Assembly: GCF_006345805.1 (NCBI RefSeq)
Contig: NC_042997.1
Location: forward strand, 134,540,001-134,604,000
Origin: Octopus sinensis
Taxonomy: Eukaryota
Reading direction: 5' to 3'
DNA: 64,000 nt
Shown here one piece after another: positions 24,922 through 38,930 of the stretch. Below the pieces are notes generated by a model, which was not told where the DNA came from, searched no databases, and saw only the letters and a program-made list of their open reading frames with translations. The position numbers and the translations under genes are program-made. Each line of letters starts with the position of its first letter. The first letter of the stretch is position 1.

Positions 24922-25248
24922 AAGTAAGTCTAAGACATTTCAACTCAAGAAGGAATTTAATAAAAATGATTTCTGAAATTATATAAAGAAAATATTGCCG
25001 GTTTCGATGATGATTCTCATTTTATCAAATATTGATAAAAATTTATAAAAATTTGAAGTAAAACAGTTCATCTTCTACCTGGGAGTCAAACAGAAGATAA
25101 ACTGTTTTTACTTCAAATTTTTAGAAATTTTTTACTGATATTTGATAAGATGATATTTATCAACGAAACCGGTAATATTTTCTTATTATAATTTTAAAAA
25201 TCATTTTTATTAAATTCCTTCTTAAATTGAAATGTGTTAGACTTACTT
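24922..25248. repeat. Imperfect foldback palindrome containing a U3-A8 hammerhead motif (25138-25178, +)
   Basis: atat TTGATAA gatgat attt atcaac GAAA ccgg ta atat. The mirror copy on the - strand has GCA instead of GUA. Confidence 0.7.
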
Positions 25249-25301
25249 GATTTGTATAGATCTCTATTCTTTTTTCAACTATATATATATATGTATACAT
25301 A

Positions 25302-25390
<89 letters not shown>

Positions 25391-25911
25391 TATATATATT
25401 ATATATATATATATAATATATATATATATACATATATATAGGCGTAGGAGTGGCTGTGTGGTAAGTAGCTTGCTTACCAACCACATGGTTCCGGGTTCAG
25501 TCCCACTGCGTGGCACCTTGGGCTAGTGTCTTCTACTATAGCCTCGGGCCGACCAAAGCCTTGTGAGTGGATTTGGTTGACGGAAACTGAAAGAAGCCCG
25601 TCGTATAAATGTATATATATGTTTGTGCGTGTATGTTTGTGTGTCAGTGTTTGTCCCACTGGCATTGTTTGACAAGCGATGCTGGTGTGTTTATGTCCCC
25701 GTCACGTAGCGGTTCGGCAAAAGAGACCGATAGAATAAGTACTGGGCTTACAAAGAATAAGTCCCGGGGTTGAGTTGCTCGATTAAAGGTGGTGCTCCAG
25801 CATGGCCGCAGTCAAATGACTGAAAACAAGTAAAAGAGTAAAAGAGTATATATATATACATACACACACACACATATATATACATACATACATACATACA
25901 TAAATACATAC

Positions 25912-25944
<33 letters not shown>

Positions 25945-25956
25945 CACACACATATA

Positions 25957-27799
25957 CACTGTGACACATTATTAACCAAATCAATCTTCTCTCAATAAAG
26001 AAATGTATATTCGTTTAAAACCAGTTGTTTCCCAGTGACTGTTGGCAACTCCCATCTGAGCACATTGTTAAAATAAATCGGATCTGCGCAGATGCCAACA
26101 AATGGAGGCCATTTTTGAGATTGGGCAACATGTTCACCGTCACAAATTATTAGGCAATTATAATAAAAATGTTCATTTTGTCAGAACAAACATTTATTTA
26201 ATTCAACAGTAAGGGTTTAAATATAATAATACGTAAAGTTGTAGATATAATACGTTCGAATGAAAATACTCATGGGATTATCCTGTTATGCAGCTCCTAA
26301 TGTTTGATTTATGATCCTTCACAAGCAATGACCTTCTTTTCGCGCTGATCTATTGAATTTATCCTCTTGTGTCATGTATTAAGCAGCGTCTACAAAAGCA
26401 TCCCAGAGGGAAACTTAACCTGAAGAATGCCGTCCATCTTGGTAAACACACCTCTTCAGGATACTCCACAGGTTCTCGATCGGGTTTAAGTCAGGAGAAC
26501 AAATTGGAAACTCCATCAAACGATCTCCAGAGAAGCCTCTTTGCTGCAGGTATTCCTTGGAATTCTTTGCTACATGAGACGAGGCATTATCTTGCATAAA
26601 GACCAACTTTGTCTTGAATGAAAGTTTTTGCGTTTTGAACCACTTTCGGAAATTGTCCTTTAAGAAGGTAACGTATGTTTTCCATGTCATCTTAATGCCA
26701 TCTGGAACTTTCCATGGCCCGACCATCATACCACTAACGATGCCAGCCTATATCATGGGCTGATTGATCCCCAACCTTTACTTCAGCCACTTGATTGATC
26801 CCCAACCTTTACTCCAGCCCTCTAGTCTGAAAAGGTAGCACGGCATTCGTCAGTGAACATTTATTCATCTGCCAATTTCATTCCTTTCTGCATATGAACA
26901 GCCTTCAGAGGGGGCCTTGTAACAGGTTTAACATTTCTGGCTACCTGCTTCAAGAAGCGACACCTGGTAGTTTTCGATACGTCTTCCCTGCCACAATATT
27001 TGAAGACTTCTCTACTTGTCACACATGGGTTCCGCACAACTTCCTTTTTCACTCGTGACAAAGTACGATTCGAAGCAACCCTGGACTTGAACTTATCTGC
27101 TCTCGACAGGACAAAATTCTTCACTGTTCGGTGATCAATTCTCAGTATTTTTGATATTTCTATGGTTGTTTTTCCTTTTCCAAGCTCTGACGCGATGGTA
27201 GACTTCTCATTCGAGGTAAGATCACCTTTCTGACCCATAATGACACTTTCTGCATATGAACAGCCTTCAGAGGGGGCCTTGTAACAGGTTTAACATTTCT
27301 GGCTACCTCCTGCAAGAAGCGACACCTGGTAGTTTTCGATACGTCTTCCCTGCCACAATATTTGAAGACTTCTCTACTTGTCGCACATGGGTTCCGCACA
27401 ACTTCCTTTTTCACTCGTGACAAAGTACGATTCGAAGCAACCCTGGACTTGAACTTATCTGCCCTCGACCGGACAAATTTCTTCACCGTTCGGTGATCCC
27501 TTCTCAGTATTTTTGATATTTCTATGGTTGTTTTTTCCTTTTCCAAGCTCTGATACGATGGTAGACTTCTCATTCAAGGTAAGATCACCTTTCTAACCTA
27601 TAATGACACTTAAACTGGGCTCCTGCGTTGTAAATTTGGAACAACCGAAATGTCGATGTTACATGATAATAGCCGCAGTTTGCTTTAACAGAATGTGTGC
27701 AGATAGGTGTTACCAACAATCAGTGGGAAAATAGCTGGTTTTGAACGAATACACATTTATTGAGGGAAAGCTGATTTGCCTAAAATAGTGGGACGCAGT
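25957..27799 (-). mobile_element. Tc1 element with degenerate long TIRs, deleted core and a 362-bp tandem duplication of the N-terminal coding segment
   Basis: MGQKGDL..HTH region present twice; QDNASSH and SPDLNPIENLW catalytic motifs; TA flanks. Confidence 0.88.
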
Positions 27800-27814
27800 A
27801 TATATATATATATA

Positions 27815-28112
27815 TGGCCCAGTGGTTAGGGCAGCGGACTCGCGGTCGTAGGATCGCGGTTTCGATTCCCAGACCGGGCGTTGTGAGTGTTTCTTGAGCG
27901 ATAACGTCTAAAGCTCCCCGAGGCTCCGGCAGGGGGTTGTGGAGATCCCTGCTGTTCTCTTCCGCCACAACTTTCTCTCACTCTTTCTTCTGTTGGCCTG
28001 CTCGCTTAGCCAGTGGGCTGGCGTCATTTAAAGGCTAAAACAATGCGAAACGCATTGTGACCAGCGATGTGTAGCAACATCTGATAGCCTGGTCGTCACG
28101 GTGATCACAGTG
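27815..28112 (+). mobile_element. SINE family 2 head with an alternative 3' tail
   Basis: Matches 5600-5790 up to ctttcttc, then diverges. Confidence 0.75.
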
Positions 28113-28139
28113 ATATATATATATATATATATATATATA

Positions 28140-28213
<74 letters not shown>

Positions 28214-28785
28214 TATCAAAATTATAAATTAGGGCATCTACGAGATACCACCATGCTGAAAATAGCAACCATGATCTGACTCTAAAACCACCTTAATTGT
28301 CCATGTATCAACACGGAGAGAAAACAAATCTCGTAGATACCCTAATTTATAATTTTAATAATTATTACCTTTGAAAGTTATTTTTTCCATGCTGACCACT
28401 TGATAAAATCGTTATTTTATTTTAAATTAATGATCTTATCCTTATTTCGTTGTGAGTAACGTGTATTTTTTTAACTGATTTTTTTAAAACTAATATTTTC
28501 TCCTCCATTATTAAGCCCAACTGTTACGCTTTTATATAATTAGTTGAAGAGAAAGGCGAAGAGCGAGAGGAAAAGGATTAGAAAGAAGTTCAACATCTCA
28601 AATGTAAAATCTCTTCCCTGAAAACGCGCCTAATCCTACGATGGAATCAATCTACAAATATTATTTTAGACCACCGAGCCCCAAGAAACAGCTGTTGGAT
28701 TTGTAATACATTTCTTTAGCCCCTTTAATTCTCCATGTCATTTGTATACTATGTAAGTCGGACTCATTTTATATGTAAACACACA

Positions 28786-29580
28786 TACAAGGTGCTGTGA
28801 GTAAGCTATAGTCTAAATGTCGCAAAAATGAAAATAACTCTCTCATCTCATTTTAATATATATATTTACCAAAACTACATGAAATTATCTTGAAAAACTA
28901 AAGTGAAAATATTTTCAATAACATCGCCATTGATTTCAACCACGGCCCCCAGACGACCTTGGAATCTCCTGTGACTCTTCTGGATGTTCTCTTTGTTTAA
29001 GTTTGTGAATGCTACCATAATCCTTGCCTTCATCTTTGATGTTACAAGGAATTTTGTTGGTTCTTCGCCCAACTGCGCCCGACTCATAATAATCATGAGG
29101 TTTGTAGTTTGGTGGGTAGATGTTAGGTGTGATGTGACTGTAGAAATTGTCTGACAGCCATGGCTGAGTTCTCCTGCTTGTGTGGCACGGTGCAGAGTCC
29201 TGTTTCCAGGCATGGGAACTTCCAGCAACTACCCTTTTGTCCCAGGGTAGCACTACCTCCAGGCACTTGACGTAGGTCCTGTGTTGAGTCTGAGGCAGTG
29301 TGAGACGATGAATGAAGGCGTTGCCATCACTAGTGATCACTCCAAACGCCATGATATTGACTTGATCTTCGATTTTTATCACTTCCAGGGCAAATGCCAA
29401 GCAGTACAGCATGTCGTTTCCAAATTTCTGGCAGCGTAAATTGTGTCATGTTGCTGTTTTTCTTACAGACGGTGCCAGCTGACCCTACTGTACTCAGTAG
29501 TCGATACAATCAAAAAGAAACAAAGCGTATGCGTGAAATTAAAAATATAAAATTGCTACAATTTACCCGTCGAATCCTGT
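28786..29580 (-). mobile_element. Tc1/mariner-superfamily (maT-like) transposon remnant
   Basis: QDSAPCHTSRRTQPWL..YPPN..DYY catalytic-domain remnant. Confidence 0.7.
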
Positions 29581-29736
29581 ACATTTTTTGTATTCTATGT
29601 ATATAAATAGACATATTTTGATCCGCCAAACTTGCCTCTCCCTAGATATACTTATACATACATACATGCATACATACATACATACATACATACATGTATA
29701 CATACATACATACATACATACATACATACATACATT

Positions 29737-29801
<65 letters not shown>

Positions 29802-30126
29802 TTATATAAATAAGGATAAGATCGATATTTAAATACCGATCTTATCAGGTGACCAGGTAATAATTATTTAAAATTATAATTTAGGGTATCTAAGAGATAC
29901 TCCACGCTGGAAATAGCAGTCAAAACATTAAATGTTCGTACAGTACCAGGAGAGTAGACAAAGAAACAAAATAAACTAGCAAAAAATGTCGCTTTGTTTT
30001 CTCTCCTGGTGCTGTATGAACATTGAATGTGGTTTTAGAGTCAAGTTTTGACTGCTACTTCCAGCGTGGAGGTATCTCTTAGATATCCTAAGTTATAATT
30101 TACTTATATATATATATATATATATA

Positions 30127-30175
<49 letters not shown>

Positions 30176-30860
30176 ATGCGTGTGTGTCTATGTTTGTGCA
30201 TGTGTGTGTGTGTGTGTGTTTGTGTGTGTTGTTTTTGTTAGTCTTCCGCCACCGCTCGACAATCATTGTTGCTGCTCACATTCCCGGTTCGTCAAAAGAG
30301 ACCGATAGAATAAGTACCAGGCTTAACAAAAATAATTTCAGGAATCGATTTGTTCCACTATTGTTCTTCAAGATGATGTCCCAGTATAGCTTCAGTCTAA
30401 TGGGTGAAACATGTAAAAGATACACGAATCAATATGTATGGCTTTTGCTATACATTTCGTGTTTTTATTATTCAAATACATTCCACTAGCCGTGCTGTAC
30501 ACCTTTAGCGCAGTTACACTTAAATGTTGTCTACCATGTCTTTGGCTTAGCTGCTGAAGATAGAGTGCTGATGATTTATATCGAGGCAGAAACACATTCC
30601 ACAGTTATTCTATTGTCTTAACACAACCAGGTTGTCTTTTCATTTATGGTAGTTAATAATTCTGAACTTATCTCGCCTTCTCACATCAAGTTGATATTAA
30701 TTACCACCAAGCTAATTAGTCTACTCTCTCTGGAAGTAGAGATAGTTTCAATAAATTACAAATTTATCTTTTCGCTTGTTACGTAAATCTATGCAATAGA
30801 CCACTCTGAATATTTGTCAGAGTACATCATTTTTGGTATCTCTGTTTGCCTGTCTGTCTG

Positions 30861-30932
<72 letters not shown>

Positions 30933-30940
30933 ATATATAA

Positions 30941-31247
30941 TTTTTATAATTATGAGTATAATTATAATTAGGGTTCAGCAAAAAATTTGCTTCACCACAT
31001 CACATACCGAAATTTAGAAATAGCAGTTAAAACTAGCTATTTCTCTACCATATAAAAATAACAGAAATAGTTAGTTTTAACTGCTTTTTCTAAATTTAGG
31101 TATGTGGTGAAGCAAATTTTTTGCTGAACCCTAATTATAATTATACGCATAATTATAAAAAAAAATTTGTTTAAGTTTACCGATAATGGTTCTTTTAACA
31201 TACCGAACTACTTGGTAAATTATAAATTATTAATTAATTTTACCATT

Positions 31248-31300
<53 letters not shown>

Positions 31301-31334
31301 ATATATATAGTATATATAATATATATATATATAT

Positions 31335-31366
<32 letters not shown>

Positions 31367-31564
31367 ATAATATATATATATATAATAATGGTAAAATTAA
31401 TTAATAATTAATAATTTTACCAAGTAGTTCGGTATGTTAAAAGAACCATTATCGGTAAACTTAAACAATTTTTTTTTTATAATTATACGTATAATTATAA
31501 TTAGGGTTCAGCAAAAAATTTGCTTCACCACATACCGAAATTTAGAAAAAGCAGTTAAAACTAG
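30941..31564. repeat. Compound foldback: palindrome 30941-31160 plus inverted arms 31070-31250 / 31385-31564 around (TA)n
   Basis: Direct reverse-complement matches. Similar foldbacks at 28209-28363, 29869-30102 and 14123-14213. Confidence 0.85.
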
Positions 31565-31570
31565 ACAGAT

Positions 31571-31632
<62 letters not shown>

Positions 31633-31633
31633 A

Positions 31634-31666
<33 letters not shown>

Positions 31667-32289
31667 TATATATATAACACCCCCCCACCCAAAAAAAAAA
31701 CGAAGAAGAAATACAAGAAAAACAACGCGAGGTCGTGGTATATACAATGTATTAGCAGATGCTCAGGAAGGAAAGAAAGCACTTCGTCAGAAACAGGTGA
31801 CGGAGGAAAGTCCAAGAGAAAAGGAAGACGGAGGAAAAAAATCGCCAACGATCCACATGTGATTACAGTTTGAAAATATGTGTGTGTGTGTGTGAGTGAG
31901 TGTGTGTGTGGTATGTGTGTGTGTGAGTATGTATGCATGTGTGTGTTTTTGTGTACGTGCGTGTATATGTGTGTTTGTTTGTTTCAGTTTGTATGCTCGC
32001 ATGCATATCGAAGAAGATCGGAAAAGGATACTCAAAATGACGCTGCGAAGATGGAAAGACAATTTAGTAAAAAAACAAACAAAAATAATTGAAGAGGGAA
32101 AAGGCGAGTGAAATCAAAAAAGAATTTGAAGTGTATTGTGAGCAGTGGTACATAAACAACAGCCAAAATTTTCATTGATGCCGACAGTCTGTGTGCGTGC
32201 GCGCGCGCGTGTTTATATAGGGTGGGGAAGCAAAACTGGGAATATTTTGGAAGCCTTATTTTTCCCATATTCCTGAGCGTAAATACTAA

Positions 32290-32620
32290 AATATTTTTTT
32301 CTATTTCAGGTTGGATGTATATAGAGTTAATTCAAGCAGAAGTTCCAATCATACGATCTAACATGTCCACTTAAAAAGCCAAGAAACAATGCATTGCAGA
32401 CTTGCTTCATACTGGGTTTGTAATTAAGTGTATTGCTCAGACTGTTGGGGCCTCTATGAGCACTGTCTACAACGTTAAGAACCAAATACTGGATATTTGA
32501 GATATCAGGAGAAAGTAAGGAAGTAGAGACATAAATACAAAACCGGATAAAGCATTTCTTAAATCTCAAAAAGCCAAAATTTTGAAAGGCCCAACAACAT
32601 CTATGGGATGACTATCAGAA
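32290..32620 (+). mobile_element. Tc1-like transposase N-terminal (HTH) remnant
   Basis: IAQTVGASMSTVYNVK-type HTH, with stops. Confidence 0.5.
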
Positions 32621-33108
32621 ATTCTCTACACATTGATTTATATTTAGGGGTCATACCAAATATAAATCTCGAGACACCTTTTTACTCATGTAATGGAAGC
32701 CAAAAGGCATCAAAGGCCAAAGAAGTGTTTCGATACCTGAAACATAATGGACAAACCAATAAAATCGTTTCAGTTCAAAATATCTTTACCGTTGGTGCTG
32801 TGCTGTTGCGAACGATCGTCGTCCCAGAGCTCGCAAGATAGGAGAAGTCCGAAACGTAGTCCTTTGCTATTCGTAAGACTCGCAGAAGAGAAAGCAGGTC
32901 AACCCCCGACACCGAGAGCATCGACAGATGGAGGAATGCGCATCGAGGCTCAGCGGTTGCATAGGAAGTCGGGGACAAGAAACAGGAAGAAAGAGTGAGA
33001 GAAAGATGGAGCGAAAGAGTACAACAGGGGTCGTCACCACCCCCTGCCGGAGCCTCGTTGAGCTTTAGATGCTTTCGCTCAATAAACACACACATATATA
33101 TATTATAT

Positions 33109-33161
<53 letters not shown>

Positions 33162-33229
33162 TATTATATAATATATAACTAGCTGAAGGTAAGATGTAGT
33201 TTTACTACGCGCGGGTAAGAGTGTAGTTG

Positions 33230-33565
33230 TTACTTTCTGTTGCTTCCTTTCAGCACGTAAAAAGCACCATCCGAACGTGGCCGATTGCAGCGCCGCCTTG
33301 ACTTGCTTCTGTGCCGGTGGCACGTAAAAAGCACCAACCGATCGTTGCCGCTGCGAGCCCCCTGGCACCTGTGCCGGTGGCACGATAAAAGCACCCACTA
33401 CACTCACAGAGTGGTTGGCGTTAGGAAGGTCATCCACCTGTAGAAACACTGCCAGATCAGACTGGATCTTGGTGCAGCCTCCTGGCTTCCCAGACCCCGG
33501 TCACACTGTCCAACCCGTGCTAGCACGGAAAACGGACGTTAAACGATGATGATGATGATGATGAT
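33230..33565 (+). mobile_element. RTE-related SINE (family 5) 3' part with triplicated ggcacgtaaaaagcacc unit and (GAT)n tail
   Basis: tggcgttaggaaggtcatcc motif typical of RTE-derived SINEs; ends in (GAT)n. Confidence 0.65.
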
Positions 33566-33849
33566 TCTCCGTATTTGTTTCTCTCTCCTTTCTCTCTCAC
33601 TTTCCCACTCTCTTACTTTTCTTTTCTCTCGGACTCTCCCTCGCTTTCTCTTACTCTCTATCTTTATCTATCTCCTCCCATTTATAAACAACAGAAGATC
33701 TTGAGTAAGTTGAGAAATAAAATATTTAGAAAGATAAATCAGAAATATGAGGCAGTGGCAATGGAAAGGTCTGCTTCAAGGCAGACAGCAAAATGCTAAC
33801 ATTAAAAGGACAGACGAACTTGCGAGCTGAATAAAAATAATAAAATATT

Positions 33850-34130
33850 GGAAACCAAAGTTTGAAGGGATAGAATCTGAGGATAGTAGAGTCACCATGG
33901 CTGGCATTTCTTAACGACGGACAGCAACGTAGTGACAGTTTAACGGCTGGCGTAAAATTTGGAACTTGATGTAAAAAAAAATTCGTAAACACCAAGTTTT
34001 GAAGTGATTCTTTCTCACGACAGTAGACTCACCATGGCAAGCATTCAAAACTTCTTTATCATGGACGGCAACATATTGACGATTAAAAGGCTGGCGCAAA
34101 TTTTTTAGCTTGATGTAACAGAGAATTCCT
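33850..34130 (+). repeat. Diverged tandem repeat, ~137-bp unit, about 2 copies
   Basis: gtagagtcaccatgg at 33886 and gtagactcaccatgg at 34023. Confidence 0.6.
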
Positions 34131-34375
34131 AAACACCCGCTCCTTGAAATTTTAATCCCCTTCCAGCCCCATTTAGACCCCTTTTCACATTTTGGTTAAT
34201 ATAACCCGATTTCATTCGGGTCTACTGAGGCCACATTTTATAAGATGAGGAATTTTGTCCTAGAGGTGACGCCTTTCATTTGAGGAAAAAAATAGTTGTC
34301 ATGCAAACTTGCCAGCACTTTTAACATAGGTGTGCATATTTTCAGCTGAATCGACCGACTACGTAATGCACACAT

Positions 34376-34429
<54 letters not shown>

Positions 34430-34717
34430 CACGCATTATATATACAAATGTATACAAATGAGATATATATCTGTATAAATTAAATTAGAGATAAAACCAC
34501 TAATAGGCAAATCAAACAGTGAAAAACCAAAAATAAAAACATTAAAAAAAATATATAATATAGAAAATATATAAAATATAAAATTGAAAAATTGAAATTA
34601 TTTAAATTGAAAATAAAAATTATTAAATTATATTTATAATTTGTTTAAAAATATATATAACTACGAAAATGTATGAAAAAGTTTAATATACATAAATAAA
34701 GATATATACACTTTGTA

Positions 34718-35000
34718 TATATACATTATATATACATATTTATATATAGAACACACACACACACATACATTATATATACATATTTATATATAGAACACAC
34801 ACACACACACACACACATACATTATATATACATATTTATATATAGAACACACACAGACATACATTATATATACATATTTATATATAGAACGCACACACAC
34901 ATACACATACATTATATATACATATTTATATATAGAACACACACACACACACATACATTATATATACATATTTATATATAGAACACACGCACACACACGC
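34718..35000 (+). repeat. Minisatellite: atacattatatatacatatttatatatagaa(ca)n, about 6 copies
   Basis: Constant ~31-bp core with a variable CA spacer. Confidence 0.9.
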
Positions 35001-35746
35001 ATATAAATGAACGCAAGAATATCTGATTCATAATATTTGTTCTCATGATTGTGTGTTGTTTGGTAGCGGTGATAATTATCCCTATGAATGCAAACAGATA
35101 CATCAAAGAAAGCCGCCTGACGAACTTATAAAGGGAAAGTGAAAGGGCGTTGAGGGGAATACATTAAATAACGGAAGTGGCATTCTCAAAGTTATTAATG
35201 AAGGGGAGTAAGAGAGGGAAAGGAGGAAATAGCGTGAGTGAGGAAGATGGCCCCTAGCAACCACACCTTTTAAGCTAGGGATTTCTAAGGTAGTCCACGA
35301 GCATCGTCACCTCATTCTACATGTCCCTGTAAATTTTGGAGCGAATCGGACGGGATGTAGTGGCATTGAAAGCGATCCAAGCGGTAAAAACGCATTTCAG
35401 TTTTATATATATAATTATATATATATATATATATATATATACGACAGGCTTCTTCCAGTTTCCGTCTACCGAATCCACTCTCAAGGCTTTGGTCGGCCCG
35501 AGGTTATAGCAAAAGACACTTGCCTAGGGTGCCATGCAGTTGGACTATATCCGGAACCATGTGGTTGGGAAGCAAGAACATAGACATGCGTATATATGCG
35601 TGCGTGTACGTGTGTGTGTTTGTATGTGTGTATGTTTGTGAGTGTGTTTGTGTGTGTGTTCGTGTGTGTCTATGAATGTATGTGTGTGTGTTTGTGAGTG
35701 TGTTTGTGAGTGTGTTTGTGCGTGTTTTTGAGTGTGTCAGCATGTG

Positions 35747-35805
<59 letters not shown>

Positions 35806-35888
35806 GCCTTCAAATGGCTATGTACAGAAATACGGATGGAAGTACAACAGCATACGGAAATATGTCATATCATATAAGTTCTACTTAC

Positions 35889-35900
35889 TTTATACAGCAT
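35889..35900 (-). CDS. IL17: IL-17-like gene 3, coding exon 1 (MLYK)
   Basis: Minus strand acaagcgggactataATGCTGTATAAA|gtaagt. Paralogous to g4 exon 1. Intron 24484-35888 is 11.4 kb. Confidence 0.75.
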
Positions 35901-36012
35901 TATAGTCCCGCTTGTAGCAATGTAAATATAGTCGATAAGTGAGATAGTGTACAGACTGAACTTCAGAGTCTTCGCTTCCCACGTATATAGTGAGAGTACC
36001 TGTTTAATGTTT

Positions 36013-36043
36013 CTTTATATACCTTGTGTAGAAATCAGCAGTA
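36013..36043 (-). promoter_or_regulatory. IL-17 g3 core promoter (TACTGCTGATT ... TATATAAAG)
   Basis: TATA ~115 bp upstream of the ATG, conserved with g4. Confidence 0.55.
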
Positions 36044-37529
36044 AAATATGTAAATGAAACGGTCGGAAGTGATAAACAATCAGCGGTAAGTAGATGTTCC
36101 GCCGTAGGTGTTTTTACATTCTTCTCCTGCATTGTGAGAGTTTTAAGTAGCTATTGTAAGTCTTTTTATTTACCTATTGATCCATAACTACGAGGGTGGC
36201 GCTTTAGAAGTAGTAGTGTTGGTATGGGTGTCACATACATAAATGCTTGAAGTTACCAGTAGTTCACTTCCTGAATACTGACAAAGATATAAATACTTTC
36301 GTATCTCTTACGTAAATCGTAAGTTATAAAATAAATCGTTGAATGGCAGATGTTTATTTGTCCATATACCACAAACAATCCCTGTTGGGAAGTAACCTAG
36401 AAATAAAAATATTATGCAATACAATCAATTTTACGTTATGCTGTTGTCAATATATCAAAGCAATAAATCAATATATTGTTTCTATCTTTCAGAGCAACGC
36501 TTGAAATACTTTCAAATCAGATCAAGAAATATACATTATCATAGCAATTAAATGAAAGCTTATACTGTGGATCATGTTACTTAATTTTTTATTTATTTAT
36601 GAGCCCTTTTCAAGCCTAGCCAGGCTCATGGGCCCGATTTCCCAGTTTCTGTAGCGTATGTGTTCCCCACCAGCTGGACGGAACGCCAGTCCATCGTAGC
36701 GATACCCTAGAAACAGGAAGAAAGAGTGAGAGAAAGTTTGTGATGAAAGAGTACAACAGGGGGTCGCCCCCCCCCCCTGCCGGAGCCTCGTGAAGCTTTT
36801 AGGTGTTTTCGTTCAATAAACACACCCAACGCCCGGTCTGGGAATCGAAACCGCGATCCTCCGACCGCAAGTCCGCTGACCTAACCACTGGGCCATTGCG
36901 CCTCTACCATGTTACTTAATATTCAGCAAATATTAAATTCAATTAATCAGGTTATTCACCAACTATAATATAGAAAATATGAGAGATTTGTCCCTATTTG
37001 AACATGACAATGATTCAATGTGACCCTAGTAAGGGAAACTAGTACTGATTTTTGGAAGGCTTATAAACTTACTTCGTCCATTAAAGTAAGTTCCTAATAA
37101 GTTCCTTATAAATGGTTATTTTCGAAGTTGTTTGTAGAACTGCAATAAGAGAAGATATCATAAAGATTCTACTATGGTTAAATGACAGCAAATAATCTGA
37201 AATATGAGAATTTACGTGTGAGAATAACGACGGTTCAATTTTTTGATGTTGTATGTCTGTGTAAGTCTACGATCTGGCAGAATCGTAAGCACACCGGATC
37301 ATATGCTTAGCGGCATTTCGTCCGTCTTTACGTTCTGTGTTCAAATTCCCACCGAGGTTGACGTTGCCTTTCCTCTTTTTGAAGTCGATAAAATAAGTAC
37401 CATCTGAACACTGGAGCCGATGTAGTCGACTTACCCCGCTCCCTTGTGCCAACATTTGAAACCAATATTATATGTGCATGTATTTCGTAAACCAAATTGC
37501 ACATCATGTATATAGGCATACGTATACAC

Positions 37530-37597
<68 letters not shown>

Positions 37598-38397
37598 ACA
37601 CATACACATACACACACATACACATACACACACACACAAGCACATAAGTATTGGCGCAAGCGTGGTTATTTGGTGATAAGATTGTTTCCCAACCACATAG
37701 TTCCAGGATCAGTCCTATTGCATGGCACCTTGGGTGTCTTCTACTCTAGCCACGGGCCGATCAAAGCATTGTGTGTCCTTAATATAACGTCAACAGATCC
37801 ACAGATGCTCAATATAGGAAGCACTCAGTAGCACTCAAATGATTGGAACTTACACTCCTAAATCTTTCCTGAGAACTAAGTCCACTGGATAAAGAGTAGC
37901 TATAAGAGGACAAACCAAGTGAGCAGATATTGAGAATGATGAAAAAAACAAAACAAATAAAACTGCTTGGGTTAGATATACAAAATATATATATACATTT
38001 ATACATGTCTATAAAGATAAAGCATAGACGACGAATATTCAATCATAAATATATCGATATTTATATATTAACAGAACAAACTTTAATTGAGTACAAAGGC
38101 ACAGAAAATTAAAAGAGAGAGTGTATAGTATTACAGGTGCGACAGCTGCCACTGAAGGCTCGGAGTCATCTCTGTTTGCAGATGTATTTCACAAAAATAT
38201 GCAACCAGTAATGAACGCCTATAAACATTTAGTAGATCCGAGCATTGCCTTCAGGGTGGAAAGATAAAAATCTAACATTTCAACTCATAATACAGGGAAA
38301 TTTAAAGGTAGAAGGAGTGAAGAGGAAGGGAAGCAGTAGCAAGCGGGATGGAAGAGTGTTGAACAAGGAAGGACATCGAAGTTGTCAATTTCTTACA

Positions 38398-38554
38398 CGT
38401 GGCTGTGTGGTAAGTAGCTTGCTTACCAATCACATAGTTCCGAGTTCATTCCCACTGCTTGGCACCTTGGGCAAGTGTCTTCTACTATAGCCTCGGGCCG
38501 ACCAAAGCCTTGTGAGTGGATTTGGTAGACGGAAACTGAAAGAAGCCCGTCGTA

Positions 38555-38605
<51 letters not shown>

Positions 38606-38930
38606 TTGTGTGTCTGTGTTTGTATACTGTGATAGCCTGGGCTTCCGAGGCCCACAGCTCTTCAATATCCTCCCGAATAACCTAACAGACCTGCATGGGA
38701 TGGATGCAGATGTCTTTAAAATGAAACTGGGTCTCTTCTTGTCAGGTGTCCTAGATGAACCAACTTCACGGCAGGAGGTGCAGATGAAGGCAGCTGCATC
38801 GAACTCTCTCATGCACCAGATGGCATTTGCTAAAAAGCATTCGTGAAGTAAAATCATGTAGGAACACCAAATGGCGGTGCCCCAGCATGGCCACAGCTTG
38901 TGGACTGAAACTATATAAAATAAAATAAAT
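38398..38930 (+). mobile_element. Chimera: SINE family 1 5' half joined to a LINE 3' end
   Basis: SINE sequence runs to ~38623, then DSLGFRGPQLFNILP..DEPTSRQEVQM (homologous to 40830-41040) and the LINE tail. Confidence 0.75.

Noticed and set aside
33230-33420. Possible HDV-like ribozyme in the RTE-related SINE
   Set aside because: Only a P4-like hairpin (gtgcc ggt ggcac) is evident; I could not build the nested P1/P2/P3/P1.1 pseudoknot by eye.
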